From assembly GCA_965197475.1 (NCBI GenBank), contig CBDANF010000002.1, forward strand, positions 64,001 to 128,000: a stretch of DNA of 64,000 nt, in the 5' to 3' direction. Below the pieces are notes generated by a model. That model did not search any database. It was not told the origin of the DNA and saw only the letters and a list, made by a program, of their open reading frames with translations. The translations under genes and the position numbers were made by a program. The stretch is from Candidatus Poribacteria bacterium. GTDB taxonomy: Bacteria > Poribacteria > WGA-4E > WGA-3G. Below, in pieces: positions 58,212 to 64,000 of this stretch (position 1 is its first letter; each line of letters opens with the position of its first letter).

Positions 58212-60233
58212 CTAAAATGTAATCGTCATGCCTAACGTAGGAACGATTGGGAAAAGGGGCTCTTCCTCAATTGTGCAATCAACAATAACGTTGGTTTGTT
58301 CATCACGCACCTCACTGAACGCATACTGGTCTACATTGGTATGGTTGTAAAGGTTTAAGATTTGGAAATACCATGTAAGTTCCCAACGTCTGTAGGGGCT
58401 CCGTTTAGTAATCCGAAAATCGAGACTGTGATACGCTGGTAGTCGCTCCGAATGCGTTTCGTGAAACTGCCGGTTACAAGTTCCATCATCTGTTAACTCG
58501 TGAGTCAAAGGTGTTCTCGGATCACCGGTATGAAAACGCCAACTGAGATAGAGATGCCACGTTGACGAAATCTGATGACTACTGCTCAAAAAGAGAGAAT
58601 GCCGCCGATCATACTGCCGAAAGAAGGTTGTGTTTCCCGATGTTTCTTTTGCAATGCCGTAAGCGTAACCGAGTCCCCACGTCAAGCGTGGTGAGACAGC
58701 TTGCGTCGCGAAAAGATCAAGTCCTTTTGCGTTAGCGGATTCCGGGGATGTGAAAATCTGTGCTTGTCGTCCGAATTCTCTGAGTCTACCCACAAGATTG
58801 TCAAATTCTTTGTAGTATCCTTCAAGTCGAATCAGGAAATTGTTGCCTCGACTATATTCACAGCCAAGAATGTAATGCGTAGCCTGTTCAGACCTTCCAA
58901 TGGTCTGAACACCATCTTCAACGGGGATCACCATCATATTAATCGGTTGATGATAAATGCCCCAGGCCCCTCGAAATACTAAGTTTTTCTTGGGTTGAAA
59001 CGCGAGCGCAACACGAGGACCAATTTCATAGTTTTGGACATCTGATTTTCGATAGTTCTGGACCACATAACGACCACCTATGTTGAGCGCAAGTTTCCGA
59101 TGAATCTGCCATTCATCTTGCAGAAATATTTTGATGTCGCTCCCACTGTCGTCAATATCTGCGCGAATCTGCTTATATACGTTAATCCCCGCCTGCCGTT
59201 CTTGAACATCGTATTCGTATTGCGCAGCTAACCAACGCCACTCAACACCGCTACGGAACGTGTGTTTATCCAACACGTTGGCTGTGACTTCCACTTTTGT
59301 TCCCAAAAATTGGAAGTTACGATTGTCAAAATCAGCCTTTCCAGTTGTTCTGTCTCTGCTTGACGTGCCTGCAAAAACAAATACATCTGTCCAATGTAAA
59401 GTGCCGAACGTATGTCGCCACTTTAACCAAGCGGTTGAATTATCATATAGAGAATCCAAGTTATTGTCCACATCATCTACGCGTATCCGATTTTTGTCCC
59501 AACCATACAATCCATTAAGCGTTAGTGTATCTGCTTCTGTTACTTGATACATGAGTTTCCCATAGACATCGGCATATTGTGGTTTGTATTTTTCGTCAAT
59601 ATCCATGAGCGTTAGAATAAGATCTACGTAACCACGACGTGCTGACAGGATCCAGCCCCCTTTTTTAGTAAGAGGACCTTCCACCATAGCGGTTGCGTTG
59701 ATGAGGTCTATCCCGAAATTTGCTGCGACCTTTTCGGAATTTGGTGTCTTTGTCGTAATATCAAACACACCTGACATCTTTTGACCATATTCTGCTGGGA
59801 ATCCGCCCATCAGTAGATCGGCACGACTGATCAAACCGAGCCCAACCAACGAAACTGCCCCACCAAAATCTTGTAAATGATACGGATTGTATAGTTCCAT
59901 CCCGTCCAATCTGACTGAGACACCATCCTTTTCTCCGCCTCGCACACTAAAGCGCGCACTATAATCGCTTGCGATGACTCCCGGAAAAATATGTCCTGAG
60001 CGCATTATGTCGTTGTCAATTAACGGAAACTGTTCTATCTCCTCCTTTGAAAATGAGAGTTGTGGCGTTGTCCCATCATAAATCGTAAATCGTCCAGGTG
60101 TCACGACGATTTTATCAAGTTCTATCGGTTCTCGGTTTTCTTCTGCATGAACACAGAGAAAACAAGCAATTTGAAAGAAGAGGGTGTGAATAAGGAGAAA
60201 CTTGAAGATGAACAATTTGATGTTGGGCATCAT
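58212..60233 (-). CDS. TonB-dependent receptor
   Basis: Signal peptide, LDKIVVT TonB-box-like, SVRGG..LDG..YNPYHL, GGFPAEYG, RLPAYHSLD, C-terminal Phe. Confidence 0.9.
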   Translation of the reverse strand: MMPNIKLFIFKFLLIHTLFFQIACFLCVHAEENREPIELDKIVVTPGRFTIYDGTTPQLSFSKEEIEQFPLIDNDIMRSGHIFPGVIASDYSARFSVRGGEKDGVSVRLDGMELYNPYHLQDFGGAVSLVGLGLISRADLLMGGFPAEYGQKMSGVFDITTKTPNSEKVAANFGIDLINATAMVEGPLTKKGGWILSARRGYVDLILTLMDIDEKYKPQYADVYGKLMYQVTEADTLTLNGLYGWDKNRIRVDDVDNNLDSLYDNSTAWLKWRHTFGTLHWTDVFVFAGTSSRDRTTGKADFDNRNFQFLGTKVEVTANVLDKHTFRSGVEWRWLAAQYEYDVQERQAGINVYKQIRADIDDSGSDIKIFLQDEWQIHRKLALNIGGRYVVQNYRKSDVQNYEIGPRVALAFQPKKNLVFRGAWGIYHQPINMMVIPVEDGVQTIGRSEQATHYILGCEYSRGNNFLIRLEGYYKEFDNLVGRLREFGRQAQIFTSPESANAKGLDLFATQAVSPRLTWGLGYAYGIAKETSGNTTFFRQYDRRHSLFLSSSHQISSTWHLYLSWRFHTGDPRTPLTHELTDDGTCNRQFHETHSERLPAYHSLDFRITKRSPYRRWELTWYFQILNLYNHTNVDQYAFSEVRDEQTNVIVDCTIEEEPLFPIVPTLGMTITF

Positions 60234-60747
60234 GCATCCTCACTTTTTGATTTGTTTTTGATTTGTAAGGTTAAGTGAATTATAGCATATTTCATGATAA
60301 GTGTCAAAAAATTTCTATATCTGGGAATAGAATGCAAATCATACATAGAAATGCTATGCTCAAAAGAACCTTGAAGGGCTTTGAGTTAATCGTGCAGATT
60401 CTCTATCCAAAACTGCTTTTTTGTATTTTTCAACTCGAAAATAGCTTAGGAAGGAGATTACGGAGAAGTTAATAAACAGGAACGATTAGGCAGTGAATCA
60501 ACACATACGCTACTGTCCCATACACCAAAGGTAGGTTTGGAAATCATAACCTTACTTGATGGTGATAGAAATTCGAGCCGACCTATACACAAGCCAGAAT
60601 ATTTCAAGGAGCTTCCTATAGAAAATGTAGCAATTTGTGTAAACAAATTTAAGGATTTGCTTAAACCTTTTGTTTAGTAGGCAAGCGAAAAGTATTATGC
60701 CTACAATTGAGCAGAATAAACAACCTTTATCACATATGTAGAAATAA

Positions 60748-61565
60748 TCAACGTTTCTTATTTTTACGCATATCTTGTTTGACAATCGGATTCATTTCTG
60801 GAACATTTGAGTTTGCAGGAACCCGTGCAAGAACAAAACTATCCTTGATCGCATTCAAATTTCCACTCAAAGGATCAATTTGATAAGTATCTCCTCTTCC
60901 CCATTCTTCATAGTAATTTTCTGCACTTTCCGTATCTAAAATTAGATGAGGAATAAAAAATGATTGACTTTTACTTGGAGAAGATTTAATGCCGAAAGAG
61001 CGAATAAAGGAATCTAACCGCTTTATTAACCCCTTAAAGGCACTTGGCAATACAGCATATGACCATTCAGTAGACTCAAAACGTTCAAAAGCGAATCTCC
61101 GGTTATATAATCCAATTTCATCAAAGAATTTTAGCAGTCCTTTAAAATTATCGATTGGTGTTATGGAGGGTATCACTATTTGATTTTCGCTATGCACGTA
61201 TTTAATGAATTTCTTTTCGTAGAGGCACTGAGCTATCCATCCTCTGTAGTAATCCATCCTCTGTAGTATCTGGATAGAGAATCCTGTGTAGCTTTAGGCA
61301 AGCAATTGAAAAGATTTTCCAGAACATGATCGTGAAAAATACCATTTAGAGTAAAATATTGGATACACTTTAACTTTAATTCGAATGCCATCCCGAAATT
61401 TGATGACATTACGTCCAGAAGTGAGTAAGCATGATATAAGTTTCCTTTAGGTGCTGCTAAAACGCTGCTGGAATACAAATTATCTAATTCAGGAAAAATG
61501 TTATTAAATTTTTCTTCTGCGAATATAGAGGTTGCGAAAAATGATTCTGAACCCCACACAAACAT
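60748..61565 (-). pseudogene. HEPN-like protein split by a 17-bp tandem duplication
   Basis: AFELKLKC...HVLENLF..LP motif; ATCCATCCTCTGTAGTA duplicated at 61235-61268; removing one copy joins the two ORFs. Confidence 0.6.
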
Positions 61566-61945
61566 ATTAATTTGTTCGCCAATAAAATTTTTGGGGTTAT
61601 ACCTTTACTCCTTGAATTGCCCTTTCGTATCAACCGACACTCAAACGCATTCAGAATAGTTCTGAGCATGTCTAACCGCGGGGCATCTTCACCAGATAGA
61701 ACATCCAAGAGAGTTTCGGCATCAATGCCGGTTCGTTTGGAAAGTTCGGAAACCCCACCCTGCGATTCTACAAAGGTCCGAAGCCCCTTCAGAAAAAAAG
61801 GAAGGTCCCCATCGACTTGGTATTCCTCTAATGTCAATTGCAGATAGTCGATCGCTGCCTCACGGTCGCTGGAAAGTCGTTCGATTAGATAATCACGCCA
61901 GTTTCCCATTTCTCTCATCGGTGTGTCTCCTTGTATTCTATCCAA
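61484..61945 (-). CDS. Addiction-module antidote (HTH antitoxin)
   Basis: AAIDYLQLTLEE...GGVSELSKRTGI..ETL...LS...PRLDML; directly follows the RelE gene; likely start MREM near 61918. Confidence 0.85.
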   Translation of the reverse strand: MDRIQGDTPMREMGNWRDYLIERLSSDREAAIDYLQLTLEEYQVDGDLPFFLKGLRTFVESQGGVSELSKRTGIDAETLLDVLSGEDAPRLDMLRTILNAFECRLIRKGNSRSKGITPKILLANKLICLCGVQNHFSQPLYSQKKNLITFFLN

Positions 61946-62284
61946 TATGTTTTTGCGAATTCAATATCCCGTGCTTGTGATGCCTTGTCTCCACCACAAA
62001 GTAAAAGAACGAGTGCATTGCCAATTTGACCGAAATAGATGCGATATCCTGGCAATTTGACCGAAATAGATGCGATATCCTGGCCCAAAGTGGAGACGCA
62101 ATTCAAAGACACCTCCACCGACAGATTGGCAATCACCAAAATTGCCATCTTCAAGCCTCTCAAGTCGTTTGTCAATTCTGTTTTGCGTGTTTTTATCTCG
62201 AATGGATTCAAACCATTCAGTGAAGGATTGTTTACCGTTTGGGGCACGGTAGTATTGTATTTCTATCGGATGTCCTTTACCCAT
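61915..62284 (-). pseudogene. RelE/HigB-type addiction-module toxin frameshifted by a 31-bp duplication
   Basis: GNFGDCQSVGGGVFELRLHFGPGYRIYF and LLLCGGDKASQARDI are in different frames; exact duplication at 62022-62083. Confidence 0.9.
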
Positions 62285-62476
62285 TAACAATCCTTCCATA
62301 TCCCGCCACGTCCGCATAAATAGACAGATCCATTGATTACTAATTATACTCCATTTCCTCTTAAAAATGCAATTGGAATCTACGTTTTTAAAATTCAATT
62401 GATTTTTAAAATCCATTATGCTACAATAAATATCTGAATCAACTAACACAAACGGAGCAGACAACAAAAAACAGAT

Positions 62477-64000
62477 ATGACATTTCAAGAAATAATTTTA
62501 GCAATAGAGAAATTTTGGGCAGATCACGGATGTATCATTCAACAACCTTGCGATATAGAAGTCGGTGCGGGCACATTTAACCCCGCCACATTTTTACGAT
62601 GCCTCGGACCAGAACCGTGGCAGGTTGCGTATGTAGAACCTGTCCGCCGACCCACCGATGGCAGATACGCAGAAAACCCCTTCCGCCTCGGTGCATACTA
62701 CCAATATCAAGTGATATTAAAACCAGCACCAGAAAATGTGCTACCACTCTACCTTGAAAGTCTCTACCATCTCGGCATCTCTCCCCGTAAAAATGACATA
62801 CGTTTTGTAGAAGACGACTGGGAATCACCGACGCTCGGTGCCTCAGGACTCGGCTGGGAAGTCTGGTGGAACGGTGCGGAAGTCACGCAGTTCACCTATT
62901 TTCAACAGATGGGTAGCATTGATCTCGATCCGATTTGCGCTGAAATAACCTACGGACTTGAACGTATCGCACTCTACCTACAGGATGTTGACAACTTTTT
63001 TGACATCCGCTGGAACGAACATCTCAACTATGGAGATGTCCACCGCCAAAGCGAAGTGGAATACTCAACCTACAACTTTGAACACGCAAACGTAGACATG
63101 CTTTTTGACTTGTTTAGCACCTACGAAAAGGAAACCCACGCGTGTTTAGATGCGGGGTTAGTTCTCCCCGCAACCGACCATGTCTTGAGATGTTCACATA
63201 CCTTCAACATGCTGGATGCGCGTGGCGTTATCAGCGTCACGGAACGGGTCAGTTACATTGAACGCGTGAGGCGGCTCGCACAACGTATCGCCCGCGCTTA
63301 CGTCACACAACGCGAAGAGATGGAACACCCACTACTGGGGCGATTCGACACAGAGTCATCTCCTGCCACGGTAGGAGCGGTTTCCAACTGCTCTGAAACA
63401 GCCCCTACTACGGTAGACGAGGTTTCTAACAGCACTGAAACCGCTGAACTGCTATTTGAAATCGGTACGGAAGAGATACCCGCAAGTTATGTACCGCCTG
63501 CTCTTGAACAACTCGGCAAAATTGCAACCGATTCCCTCACAGAACACAGAATTCCGTTCGGCGAAATTCAAACATTCGGCACACCACGCCGGATCATACT
63601 CACTATTAAAGATGTGAAAATGCTGCAAGAAAGCCAAGAGACAGAAGTCACAGGTCCGCCCAAAAGCATCGCTTACGATGAAAACGGTGAACCAACAAAA
63701 GCAGCCATCGGTTTCGCAAAATCACAGGGTGTTAAAATTTCTGATCTCCGCATCGTTGAAACTGAACGTGGGGAATACATCGCCGCATCCAAACTTGAAA
63801 AGGGGATAGCAACGCACGAACTGTTGGAAACACTCCTACCCGAATGGATTGAGGCACTCCGCTTTCCTAAAACAATGCGATGGGAAACAAAGTCTGAAGA
63901 ACCGCGCGCTTATGCCCGCTTTGCCCGCCCCATCCGATGGCTCGTAGCATTACTCGGAGATGAAGTTGTCAACTGCGCTTACGGTGCAGCGCATGCAGGA
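62477..64000 (+). CDS. glyQS: Fused glycine-tRNA ligase alpha/beta (runs off window end)
   Basis: [45 protein letters not shown] continues without a stop into beta-subunit [32 protein letters not shown]. Confidence 0.95.
   Translation, partial: MTFQEIILAIEKFWADHGCIIQQPCDIEVGAGTFNPATFLRCLGPEPWQVAYVEPVRRPTDGRYAENPFRLGAYYQYQVILKPAPENVLPLYLESLYHLGISPRKNDIRFVEDDWESPTLGASGLGWEVWWNGAEVTQFTYFQQMGSIDLDPICAEITYGLERIALYLQDVDNFFDIRWNEHLNYGDVHRQSEVEYSTYNFEHANVDMLFDLFSTYEKETHACLDAGLVLPATDHVLRCSHTFNMLDARGVISVTERVSYIERVRRLAQRIARAYVTQREEMEHPLLGRFDTESSPATVGAVSNCSETAPTTVDEVSNSTETAELLFEIGTEEIPASYVPPALEQLGKIATDSLTEHRIPFGEIQTFGTPRRIILTIKDVKMLQESQETEVTGPPKSIAYDENGEPTKAAIGFAKSQGVKISDLRIVETERGEYIAASKLEKGIATHELLETLLPEWIEALRFPKTMRWETKSEEPRAYARFARPIRWLVALLGDEVVNCAYGAAHAG

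Noticed and set aside
62285-62488. N-terminal extension of the RelE ORF (61961-62488)
   Set aside because: This is AT-rich intergenic sequence overlapping the glyQS start; homology begins near MGKGHP at 62284.

Overview
This is a bacterial window. Its gene repertoire resembles Ca. Poribacteria (my inference): long WD40-cohesin/dockerin proteins, YCF48/BNR and TPR repeat proteins, LamG, PhyH dioxygenases and a fused GlyQS. Housekeeping genes (glpK partial, bioA, hisC, ispG, fabV, a Rid protein, a PGM/PMM-like protein, glyQS partial) are interspersed with secreted repeat proteins. Mobile DNA is abundant: ISKra4/ISLre2-like, IS5-like, IS630, a cargo-carrying IS1595, several MITE families with clean TIRs/TSDs, and REP-like hairpins. 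The standout is a putative defence island at ~43.7-53.3 kb. A 1516-aa nuclease-NTPase-helical (Avs/NLR-like) protein appears to carry an antitoxin-like module at each terminus: DUF4926 at the N-terminus and a VapB-like tail at the C-terminus. Its gene overlaps a matching putative toxin gene on each side (DUF6883 upstream, VapC/PIN downstream) and is followed by a Type III R-M system. Near 61-62 kb, a RelE toxin gene and a HEPN-like gene are each frameshifted by an exact short tandem duplication. No rRNA, tRNA or CRISPR array was seen. All family calls come from motif recognition by eye, not from database searches.
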